A program made the position numbers and the translations under genes. Of a DNA stretch of 64,000 nucleotides, positions 1-12,541 are shown piece by piece (position 1 is the first letter of the stretch; every line of letters starts with the position of its first letter). Source of the stretch: Phallusia mammillata (taxonomy: Eukaryota); contig OZ281497.1 in assembly GCA_965637545.1 (NCBI GenBank), forward strand, positions 18,476,001 through 18,540,000, given 5' to 3'. The notes under the pieces were generated by a model that saw nothing but the letters and a program-made list of their open reading frames with translations, searched no databases and was not told where the DNA came from.

Positions 1-768
1 GGTGTTTACTCGACCTCGAAAGGGAAAGCGGGTAAGTGTGTGGAGAATTAAGCCTCCGACGAAATTCACGCCGTTGACGCATTTGCTTGATCCGCAGAAA
101 GCCTCAGAAATACCTTCGAGTTTAAAACGACACCCGGTGTTAAAAGACGGTACTCTTTTAATGGTTCATCGTCAACCGGTTGCCCTGGATCGGTTTATGG
201 TGTACGACGTGGAAACAGAACACGCTTCATCATTAGGGGTCAAGAACGCCTTTCTTGTTGTGCAAGAGAATCGATTTCAGCAAATGACCACTATCACTAT
301 GCTGCAGGCCTCCTCAGAGGATTTAAAGGTGCGATATGTTTTATTGTTAGCCACATGCGATCGCCAATGTTACTCTCTATTGCCCTCTTACAGAACCTCC
401 AAACATGTTCAAACAATTTCACACTAAAATTTTAGTCGTGATGAATGCTGAAACCACAGCTTTACGCGTTTTTACCAATAAATAATATTTTACAGCGCAA
501 ATGGCTGACGCGACTCGCTTCAACTGCTGCACAATGGATGGAGAAGCACATATACGCGGCTACAAGCATTTCATCACCTTGTATTAACCGTAAACCAGAT
601 GAAAATGGACTTAGCGACCAAGAACTTTTAAACATAGGTACCCGATCCCGGCTTGCCAGGCAAAAATCGGTTGAGCCAAGTGACGATTTATCAAATGAAA
701 CTTTTTCCGTGACCAGCGATAGCAAAAGTCCATGGTTGGAGTTAAATGGGTGTTTTATTGACCCCTAA
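1..768 (+). CDS. PLEKHG7: 3' end (PH domain and tail) of a PLEKHG7-like Dbl-family RhoGEF; partial, begins upstream of the window. Exons approx <1-31, 98-328, 496-768
   Basis: Spliced translation ...HRQPVALDRFMVYDVETEHASSLGVKNAFLVVQENRFQQMTTITMLQASSEDLK|RKWLTRL closely resembles the PLEKHG7 PH C-terminus as recalled (DQPIPLDRL...GLRNAFLIQHENRYRQ...LLQAQTENIKKTWMAQI). GT-AG junctions at 329/495 keep the frame; stop TAA at 766-768. Confidence 0.75.
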
Positions 769-2465
769 AGTCATAAATGGTTGCAGGTTTTTCCTGCACC
801 GTCTCTGGCTTAAGTTTAAAGCCATGCAGAGTATTTTTCGACAATACAGTGCAATTCAGAATTATTCACACATTGAAGTACCTATAACACGGACTTGAAA
901 ATAGCTAAACTGAGATCACACGTTTGTTCGGTAATAATGTATGCTCGGTTGCAATTGTTTTCACCCAGTCTGTACTGTGTATGAAACACGTCGGCTACTC
1001 TGAACGTTCGGTCCAGCGCTTGCACAAATTGAAAATAGTTTGACCTTTACTGGGAAAAACGTCCATTTATTTCAGTTAGTTTTACCTTTTTTGAGCTGGA
1101 GGCCGTCTGAGAAATTCGCTTGACCCTGTGGGTGCGACACTGATTAACGTTGCCCTTCTGCTAACAAATATAATTTGGGCCACCAAATAAAATGGAAACA
1201 CTGCTGGTAGACGTCAGTCACAATGTGTTTTATACACCCACCATCTGACATCACTGTGCATAAATGTGGTCTCTATTTGCTGTATATGTATATACCACTC
1301 TCCTGGAACATTTCAACGCGTTGTGCTGCTGGGTAATGCAAAAGTTCAGAAGTTTAAAGTGTGCAGTAAGCAAATGAATATTCGCTTTTGCGGCTTTCCA
1401 TTGCTTATTGACGAAATCACTATCGCATATTACGTTTTGGGACAACAATAAACGTAGCAATGCCAGATCCCACAAACTAGTTGCTTGTTTAAAACGCGTA
1501 CAAAGAAATCAAATACAAATTGACTAAAATGCAATTTGCAGAAGGTTGGAATAATGGAGAACAAACACTTACAGCCTGTTTTTCGCAAGCGAAGATATTA
1601 GTTGCCTGCTTTATTTAAAGATGGATAACCTACAATTACTGCAACATTGTGGCGTCACATATGTAGGTCATTGGTTTCAGCTTGGGGGGGTAATGGCCTG
1701 CTGGTAATGAAGCAAAGTCTCGGCTTTGTTCTGTATCTCGCGTGTGTTTTAACAGTTGCCACCTGGATATGGTGTAACATCGGATAGCTTTGTCGTATGT
1801 ATCAGTCGTTGTAGTATGTTTCTAGCAAACTTGTTTGAACAGAAAACAAATTTAAAACACAATTCACAAATTATGCTGTTAATTTTTCTGATGTCATTTG
1901 CGTTTCTAGAAAAATCTGCTGTCACACAGTTATACTTTCCAACATATTTTAATATTTAGTTGTCATATTATGTATTTATGAACCTAAACATGTTAGCTGC
2001 GCAATGATTACGCAAATTAAAATTATTTCAACAAAATGTTTAATTATGGTACAGTACATTGGTTTGTTGCATCACAATTAGTAAACAATACATCTATAAA
2101 AACTTACCTTTTACATATCAGCAGTTTAAAATTTAAAACTATAAAATGTTTTGGAGCCCTACAGTTCAATGCCAAGTGTATTTTTCACTTTTAAATGAAA
2201 AGTTTTTATTTGTGTTGACAATGCTGTGGTTACAAGGATAAAACAGAACGTCGCAACTGGCAAGCACTGGTGCGGAACGCCATTGCGCAACTGCTGATGC
2301 AGCTTGTGACCTATTTTAGGAAAGGAAAAAGGCAAACGTCATCAACGTCGACATACGTCGTGGATACGTTTGTGAAATAAGGCAGTTGAGATTTTGCTGA
2401 GTTGGAGAGGGTTGTCATTTTCGTCAGCGACATACTTTTTAAAAACTGCAGCTTTTTTGAAGAAA

Positions 2466-3173
2466 ATGATGAGTGTTGCTTTACCCGCACAGCCTGTAGT
2501 AGATACTGATATCATTTCAACAGAAATCGAAAGTGTCGATTCAAGCTTTGAAATTAAAAATGTTGAGGTCGATCATAAGCGAACGGAAAGGAAAAGACGG
2601 AGAAATCGACGTACCCGAAGAGGCAGAACTGCCCCTTATTCTGCCAAAAACTTCTTGGGAAGACCTAAGATCAACGCACCAGCCAATACTACACAATTTT
2701 TGTTTGAGGACAAGGAACTTGGTTTAAATATACTGTTTGACTCTGACAATGAGTGCAGTGAGCCAAGTTTGTCCTTGAACACCAGTTCCGAGGGATCAAA
2801 CCAACAAAATGAAGAGTCAACAGAGAGTATGGGCACACCAATATATGATGGTTTTTCAATGAATGAAGACGTTGATCGCTTCCATGAAGAACAATTCGAT
2901 CGCATGTACAATGATGTGCGGGCAGAAATGCTTAGACAGCAACCAGTTGATGTGCTATCAACACGCTGCATGGAACTAGAAACTGCTATTCACAACATGG
3001 AATTTCTTATTCACAAAGAAACAGACCGCAAGCATCAAATCGAAGAAATGGTGTACCTCACAAGGCGCAACGCAGAACTGGAAGCTGAAAACCAGTTTCT
3101 TCGCCAAGCGGAAAAGAAAACTAAAGTGGACACAGATTTTGTGCAAGAACCAAGTGTTTCTACGACTTGCTGA
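2466..3173 (+). CDS. HEXIM: HEXIM (7SK-binding P-TEFb inhibitor), single coding exon, 235 aa
   Basis: Arg-rich RNA-binding patch RKRRRNRRTRRGR, PYNT-like motif APANTTQFL, acidic region, and C-terminal cyclin-T-binding coiled coil (EEQFDRMYNDVRAEMLRQQPVDVLSTRCMELE). First ATG in the ORF is at 2466. Confidence 0.88.
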   Translation: MMSVALPAQPVVDTDIISTEIESVDSSFEIKNVEVDHKRTERKRRRNRRTRRGRTAPYSAKNFLGRPKINAPANTTQFLFEDKELGLNILFDSDNECSEPSLSLNTSSEGSNQQNEESTESMGTPIYDGFSMNEDVDRFHEEQFDRMYNDVRAEMLRQQPVDVLSTRCMELETAIHNMEFLIHKETDRKHQIEEMVYLTRRNAELEAENQFLRQAEKKTKVDTDFVQEPSVSTTC

Positions 3174-3876
3174 TCACCTAAAATTATATTTCCAGTGAAC
3201 AACTGCAGCTAAAGTGCAATATAAGCTGGTGGCAGCACGTCCAAGACCATGTGGAGAAAATGGTTGGTTAAGTTTGTGGTTCAAAATTCAAATGTTGCAC
3301 ATTTTTAACAGTAAATGCTGGACATCAACTTACATATAACACTTAAAATTTGTGTCTATTTTTGCCTTGTTGAAACGTTTTAGTGTATTTCAGGTCACAT
3401 TACTGCAACCAGTGGTGTGGACATCTTGCTTCTGGGATGAACCTGCACCAAAACAGGTGTCTATTCTGTGCTTTTAACCTATGACTACTGTTACTTGTTA
3501 GCTTGTTTATTACTGTTCTATTGTGCTATTTCTTTTCTTGTGACAATTAAAGTATTCCTACCAAATTGCTTCTGTGTTTAATTACATGACTTTTAGTCAT
3601 TCAAGAGTGTGGACTTTTTTTAAAGGTATTGGTTCTTCAACCAGTATCGTTGCCTGATTACCTGCTCAAAAGATCTATCAGAGGTAAGCTTCTGTGGAAG
3701 TATGGTTGTCACTGAAGTATAAATATTTTGGCAAACAAAAAAAAACTTTAAAACAATACAAAACACAGAATAAAATATTAATATAAGTTCATTTCACAGA
3801 GTTTCTGGAAATCCTTTCAAAGCGTTGGTGCAATATTTGTGGATTTCACAAGGATGGAAAGTCTCTAACTGCTTGC

Positions 3877-5111
3877 TCATGTTGAAATGGATTGTTGCAT
3901 TCTAAAATAAAAAATATTAACATATACCTGTGTTTATATTGGGACCACATAACTTACCCCTTTAGTTTTGATTCCAGAGCCATTTCTTCTATTGTGGTTG
4001 ACTGATTTTTAAGTGTTTCCTCAATCATTTCACTAAACAGTCAACATGCAAAACTTGGCACCGATAATTCATTAGCAACTACTTACAAAATTTGATGCAT
4101 GATGTTCTGCTGTAAAACATTGGATGAACGGCTCTCATCTGTTAAAAACATAACACCATAAATAAACAAATTGGCCCAGTTGTACAGTGATATTAAGCAT
4201 ACCATCTTCCAACTGTTTTAGTGCATGGGCTTGTTTTAACAAGTCATCTTTCATTTGCTGAAGCTCCAATACTGGAAAACAAAGGCTTCTTTTATTGTGT
4301 GGAAGCAAAATTGGCAACACAACATAACCCACGCTTTAGCTTCAGGCATTCCTTCTCTTGCAGTTTTGCCTTTATCTGACTTTCCATGTCGACGTTCTAT
4401 TAAAAATAAAGTTATTTTGCCCGAATATTGTTGTATGAGTAAATAGTCGCACAATGACCATTTGTAACCGGCCAGACTACTTACATAAAGCTGTGCAGCG
4501 TCTTTAAGCTGCACCGAACATTCCGTCATTCGTTTCCCCCAATCACTGACCGAGTTAATAAGTCGTTTCCTTTCCTGCTAATAACTGCTCAAGTTAGTGC
4601 ACACTTACGGAACTACAAAAGAACTTTGTCTAATTGATATTTCACAACAAACAAAAGACAAATGTTTAAATCAGTTGGAGTAACCTCGTCGCTTCTTAAA
4701 GTAAAGTCGTTTATTTTGTCTTGGAGCCACACGTTTCGTTGTTGAGCTTCGTTTATCTTGTTAATACAGCAATCCACTTTATATTTTGTGATGTTTGAAG
4801 TCTCTGGCAATAGACAATTATTGTTAAGAACTTGAAAATAAAACTATGAGCAGGCATTTTACCGCATAGTCGAGCTGCAACATCGCATCGTTGGCAGTAT
4901 ACAGCAGTTTCTGAAAGAAAAAGTATGATCAAATAGTGTGTGCTGGTAACACACAGTGAAAAACATTGTGCAAACCTTGCTCCAATTCTGCGTTAAGAGC
5001 TTCTCTAACTTTGCGCAAATCGCTTATTTCTGATATCAAGTCGCTTTCAACTGAATGTTCGTTCTCAACCACTTGGTTTACTTCGTCCAGTCGTAGTTGA
5101 AATACATTCAT
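3877..5111 (-). CDS. Uncharacterised coiled-coil protein of about 250 aa, about 9 short exons
   Basis: Phase-consistent GT-AG chain built by hand: MNVFQLRLDEVNQVVENEH...ELEQ|ETAVYCQRCDVAARLC|ETSNITKYK...RSDE|QERKRLINSVSDWGKRM...AQLY|NVDMESQIKAKLQEKECLKLK|LLELQQMKDDLL...LED|DESRSSNVLQQNIMHQIF|EMIEETLK...SKLKG|MQQSIST*. Rich in E/Q/K/L heptads; family not recognised. Confidence 0.65.
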
Positions 5112-5490
5112 TTCTTTATAATTTAAGAACAAATCTACAAACTACGCAATTATTAAAAATTGTACATGCAGGATGAAAAACAGTTTGGGAATTTAAATTT
5201 AAAACGCTTTTGTTAAAAACTTATCACGCATCCAAACTTTCCTTTAGGTAAACATGAACTTACAAAGAAACAAGTTCTAAACAAGTAAAAACAATAAAGT
5301 TGCAAAATGATTTCTCTGGTCGCGGCATGTCATCGGATGAGTGCAAACAAATCATACAAAATTACAAATATGTACGCTGTGTTAAATCGGTTTTCGGTTA
5401 TTATTGTTTTACTGTTTTGCGTGAAAATACTTTATTTTTATTTGTAACTGTTTCCATTTTTCTTTTGTAATGTTTTTTAGGCTTGTCACA
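5112..5490. promoter_or_regulatory. Short divergent (bidirectional) promoter/5' region between the coiled-coil gene and PTGES2
   Basis: Start codons at 5111 (-) and 5491 (+) are 379 nt apart, head to head; each is preceded by a T-rich tract ending in AG. Confidence 0.6.
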
Positions 5491-6950
<1,460 letters not shown>

Positions 6951-7065
6951 AGAATGTATTGCATTTCAAAAGACAATTGTGTGTTCTATGGCAGTACCAA
7001 CAGAAAGCATTTCAATCAAAGTGCATAGTAATTTATAGGCAGCTGAATACAAAGCTAGTGATTAA

Positions 7066-8225
7066 TTATTTAACAAGCTTGGTTTTGACAGATCCATCCT
7101 CCAAGCCAAAGAACACAGCATTAGTCATATCAACAAATAGTCCAGTTTCAACAACTCCTGTGTAAAATATAATTTTATTGTACTTTCAAAGTTTTATTTG
7201 TACTTGAAAAAAACTTACCTGGCATAAGTTTGATTTCCTTGTGCACTTCACTCCATTTATGTACTTTGTCAAATTTCCAATCCAGAATAAAGTTTCCATT
7301 GTCAGTTACCACTGGGCCCTGTTAAGTACAAAAAATAAATACAAAGGTAGAGAATAGTCTCATTTCTAGGGAAAAAAATATATTACAGCTTTGTTGATAG
7401 CCATCCGAAGTTCAGCTTTTCCTCCAAAGTTGGATTCAATCTTCCTTTTTATAGGGACTCTTGCCATTGGTATAACCTCCACTGGAATTCCTTTTTTGTA
7501 CTGTTCTCCCAAAAGTGTAGAATCCTTTCTAAACATTTTGTAAGAACAGAACTATTACCATCCAAACTAAATGCCAATTTGGCAAGCACCTTTTATACCT
7601 ATAATCTGCAATGACAATAAATTTCTTTGCAACAGCAGCAACAATTTTTTCTTGGGTGAGACATCCACTGTCAATAAATAAAAAATATTAAGGCTCTTGA
7701 ATTTCTATTGATGAAACAACTTGAAACTTACCCTCCACCTTTTATCAACACAAAATCTTTGTCAACTTCATCTGCACCATCAATTGCCACATCCAGTACA
7801 GGTGTTGTATCTAAACTTTCCAATACTAAGCCACTGCTTAAGATGAGTTCTCTAGCTTGAAATGATGTTGGAACACAAACCACATTAAGGCTTTCATCTT
7901 TTGTCCTTTCAGCTTAAGCAATGAGGTAAGTATAAATAATATGTTGTAATTACTATCGTTTAAAGTCACTTTATATTACCAATGCGTTCCACAGCAAACT
8001 TAATGGTTGATCCACTCCCAATGCCAACTTTTTGGCCATTCTGTTGGTAAAATGTTGTTTTAGTGGTATTTCAAAAACATGTAACGCATTTTTCCGAATT
8101 ACCTTCACATATTCGTCAACTGCGGCTCTTGCTGCCAGACGCTTAGCGGCATCAACCATAGCAACTGTTGTCTTGTGTCTGCTGATGGAATTAAATGCAG
8201 CTTGTTTAATTAATTTCAGCAGCAT
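7066..8225 (-). CDS. RPIA: Ribose-5-phosphate isomerase A, about 7 exons
   Basis: [84 protein letters not shown]; stop at 7066-7068. Confidence 0.95.
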
Positions 8226-9096
8226 TCACCACGATTAGTCTGTGTAGTAAAATATGATCGGTTGTGTTTAAAACATTTTCGAAACTACATCAAAATATAA
8301 AAAAACACTGAACATATGACACTTTTTACAATCCATAAGCATCTTTTTTCCGAACCGGCTTATCGTTTGTTGTGTTTTCCTACAGTTGTTGTACCGCGGC
8401 TATTAATAACAATACCGTGCTTGACACTTCCTCCGCAGATCATCAATACCAAACTGTGACAAATGTTGATAGACGCCGCATGTAACCGCTGTGCATTTTT
8501 TTTAAATCCGAAAATTAAAACTAAAAGGCGCACGCTGCACATTGCATTCCAGTAAAACAGGGGATTTCCTGAGTGGTAGGTGGCGCAAGTAAGCTCGAAT
8601 TTCTGTTCGTGATTTTGTCATGGCAAACAGCCAGTTGCGGTATTTTAATCTACACGCCACTTATGCAACCAGTTTTAAAGGTCATTATGTTTGGTACTTG
8701 GTACTTTGTAGTTGCATTTCATGGTTTTAAATCGGAGTACAAAAAAGCAATCGTGAACTGACATTTCTGCCAACAATTGCTAACCTTCCATGCTTAGGCC
8801 TAACTGTGGGAAGACTATGTTTTGTGTCAAGGTCATTTTTTTTCGTTGAAAAAACGAAATCCTACCAAGCACCTATAAGTTTGTTCAGTTTGACATTATG
8901 CCAAAAAGTAATCGCATCCACTTGTGATATGCACGTGACAATTTGTGTCATGCTAGTGGCAATCTCGCCTCTGGGTAAGCTGATAAACTTGAATTTCTTC
9001 TACTATCAGTTGTAACTCGTAATTATATGATGGAGAGCTAGTTTGGTTCGATAGTAGTCGAGTCAAGTAATACGACAGAGAACAACATCGTCTAAA

Positions 9097-11707
9097 ATGA
9101 AGGCTTTTCTTTTAGGCATAATCTTATTTACCAGTGTAGCAGCAGGTAAGCACAGGTAAATCAAAATAAACATGTGTTTTTTAAACAGTATATGCCTATC
9201 CACAGGTTTGCGATGTTTTACCTGCGACAACGCCAGAAGCATGTTTATGTGTGCATTTCAAGGGAGAATTAGGACGTGCCACAATAACCAGGTCAGGCTG
9301 GTTTATCTAACTTAACCAATCATATGTAGGCTGGTTGTCTACTGTGACTTTATGCGTTTGTCGTTATTTACCAAAACGTTTCGTTACGAGATTTTGCATT
9401 TAAAGTATGTGTTTTATTTCGGTTTTAGGATTCATGTGAAACCGTTGTGCGTCGCGTTGGCAAACGATTGGTAATCATTAAGCGGTGTAAACAAAAACAG
9501 GCGTGTGTGGAAAATGCGAAACGACAAGTAAGTAAATTTAAAAAAATGTAAGTTGGTATTGCATGTTAAGTTGCATAAGATACATAAAACGCCTTTGTAA
9601 AAAGAAGCTAAACAAAAATAATGTCAATTTATGTCGTTTAACTTGGAAACTTCAGGCGTTAATTTCACGCAATCAAACAGTTTCGGTCGAAACATTTGTC
9701 CGGTTAAATCTACTTAAAAATGGGAATATGCCAGCTGCCCTTAGTTAGGTTTAAACCTGCAATTGATTGCAATTTACAGTTTGCCGTGTCGGAGTTTGGA
9801 TTTGTCGAGTGTAATACAGATCAAAGTAACGCTGTGTGTACTTGCTGCTGCCAAACCGAGCTTTGCAATTTGCAGCCTCATGCATGTACAGGAATGATAT
9901 GTGAGTAAATGACTTTCTCTAATATAGCGTACTTTCATTGCAATCATTTCTTACAGTTCCATGTCAAGAACGCAATGCAATTGAAAACGGTGCTGTGACT
10001 TGCTCAGCAAACAACCGCCCTCGTTCGGTTTGCAAGTTTGAATGTCGCAATCCAGGATTTTTTATTCGACCAGTGCGCAGTTCGGAGACGACGTGCAGAG
10101 CCACGGGAGAATGGGATAGGCCAAAACCATGCTGCGCAAGTAGGATGAGATTAACCTTTTAAAGTTGCGAATAACTTGCTTCGGGAATGCGGATCACAAA
10201 ATTCCGCGAGTATTTTATTGGAAACCCTATACTTTACCTTCTCAAAGACAGAAGAACCTTTCTATTGTCAAAAGCAAAGAATATGAAAACAATTCTTTTC
10301 AAAACGATTTTATGGAACCATTTTCTATAGCCTATTTTTACTTTTGTATAGTCGCAAGGGAAAGCAAGGTTATTTTGGTCTTACCTCTGATAGCTCGAGG
10401 CGACTCTGTCAATTTTTTTCAATAGATCCTGCCAAAGTCAACGTTACATGCGTTTTGGTAAAACATTCCAAATTTAGTTGTTATTCTTCACAAAAGTTTA
10501 CGGGTCCTACATTTTTGAACACGTCCATTCGAAAAAACTTATCTCAATATATTAAACATTTCGTTATTTTCAAGGAGCGTGCCCCCCGTACCTTCCAAAT
10601 GATATCGTATTTGTGCGCCAGGCTAGCACCTCGGAAGCGTGGGACGAATTCAAACGCAGGGTTGTCACCATAATGGGGTAAGTAAGTGCACGCATTAGCG
10701 CGGCTAAAATTTTGTTATGTAACAAACCACCCACGCGTTCCAAGGGAATTCAACGTGGGAAGTGAAAGTGCTTTGCCGGGAATTATATCTTACGGTGAGA
10801 ATGTTCATCAATCCACAGTAATTAGGTTTTCCGATTTTCCGGACGACAAGACTGTTTTCCTCCAGAAAGTCAATGGCCTAGAATTCACGCAAGGTAGATT
10901 ATACAGATTCCACAACGTGTATTTATACTACTGGAAACGCCACTAAAGCTTAAAAAGGCCCTTTTTATCCGCTATCACACGAAAACCGTTTGTTTTTCAC
11001 CCTCTCTTAGATAACAGTTCCAATGTGCGGACGGGAAATGTGCTCAAGTATCTCCTTGAGGATTACTTCACCACGGCAAACGGAGACAGGAATAGCGTGA
11101 GAAATGTAATTGTGCTTCAGGCTGACAACGCTTCGTCGGATGATGTAAGCGCTCCAGCCGATCGACTAAGAAAAGCTGGCCACAAGGTAAAGCTATGGTT
11201 TAAACGTCATGTATGCCTAATTGTTCTTCTGGTTATACAGCATAACTTTGTACACCGTTCAAAATACTTAGTCGAACGGGTTCCACAACACTATCTTCCC
11301 CCTGAAATCCATTGTTTTGTTGAGATAAGCTGATGCAAGGTACGGCCTGTGGAATGCTAGAAAGGAATGCTACAAACAGCTAAAAAATATTGGAATTATT
11401 CCATCGAAAATTGAAAGTTTACCAGCTCAGAAAATAAACAATCCTTCCTACTTTTGCGGTACAAGGCCAAATATAAAAAATACACTGTTAATACTTTTAC
11501 CACGGTCAGTCATACTTTCGTTTTTTGTAGATTTTTGTTATAGCCACAGCCAATTCATCCAATCCCGAGTATTACAACCAAGCAAGTGCCATGGTCGGTG
11601 ATCAGAAGCAACTTTATATTCAACAAAATCCATCTGACGCGACGTATATACAAGATCTCGTTCGCGAACTCTGTGATGATCCGTGTCAACCAGACAGTAA
11701 TCTGTAG
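9097..11707 (+). CDS. Secreted protein: signal peptide + Ly6/uPAR (three-finger) domain + one Sushi/CCP domain + C-terminal vWA domain, about 9 exons
   Basis: MKAFLLGIILFTSVAA|GLRCFTCDNA...CHNNQ|DSCETVVR...KRCKQKQAC...|...VCTCCCQTELCN (LU signature); PCQERNAIENGAVTC...CKFEC...TTCRATGEWDRPKPCC (CCP); NDIVFV...GIISYG...NVRTGNVLKYL...RNVIVLQAD...ADRLRKAG|IFVIA (vWA). Junction phases are consistent; stop TAG at 11705-11707. Confidence 0.85.
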
Positions 11708-12211
11708 TTTGTTGTTTAAAACGCCAAAATCAAATGTTACATGTATTACTTTTACATCATTTTAAAAATACATATATAGGCTTGCATTCAGTTTATATGG
11801 GGATTTGATACCGATAAAAAACAACAAATTCATCGTCTAAGCGGCAGCACAGGTTTTGTAGAAGCAAATTCGTCGATTTAATTGCAAACAATATGATTGA
11901 ACTGATCTTTTCCTAAAAGTTAGCTACTGAAAATAATGCTTTGTCGTACTGGGAATGTACCAACGGATTGGCTATTTAGCAACTGTCCCTTACTTGAGTA
12001 ACGATGCGTTGTTTTTCGCACTTTTTAAATAAAAATATACACGTTGCTTTCACGGTCTAGAACAGGGCTATATTTAAAGTGATATACAGAGAACGTGCAA
12101 AGACAAATCGCATAAAGTATGGTCTGTCATACGAAATAAATAATCGAGCGAAACGCCAGGTCGGTGGGATTGCATAGGCTGACAACAGAATCGGATAGTG
12201 GTGAGACAAGC

Positions 12212-12541
12212 ATGGTGGTGAAGAGGATTTGGATAAGCTTAAGGTATGGGTAGACATGACTGGCTCCACCTTCCACAATACGGACTAAAATTTACGTAAA
12301 GGTTTTGTGCAGTGTGTGGACTTGGGGTAGAGCACACCAGTTTGCGATAAACGTGTTACTACTGGGGATTGTAATATGCGGTTTGTAAGGTAACGTTGTC
12401 GTTTTTGATGGGGGTCTTTTGCGATACATATTCAGTAGCACACACAAGGTCGTGATTGCTTTAAAAATGCAAGAACACAGAGTAATTTCAAACGGGTGTT
12501 TTGAAGAGGTTTTGACTTTAAAAAACGGAAGCGGTTTATAA
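12212..12541 (+). CDS. Possible 69-aa single-TM small protein (exons 12212-12243, 12313-12384, 12436-12541); may instead be a non-coding spliced transcript
   Basis: Two GT-AG introns (69 and 51 nt) join MVVKRIWISLSVWTWGRAHQFAINVLLLGIVICGFSTHKVV...NGSGL*. No homology recognised. Confidence 0.25.

Noticed and set aside
8160-8225. RPIA N-terminal extension resembling a mitochondrial presequence before a second Met
   Set aside because: Vertebrate RPIA also has a variable N-terminal extension; no evidence of novelty.
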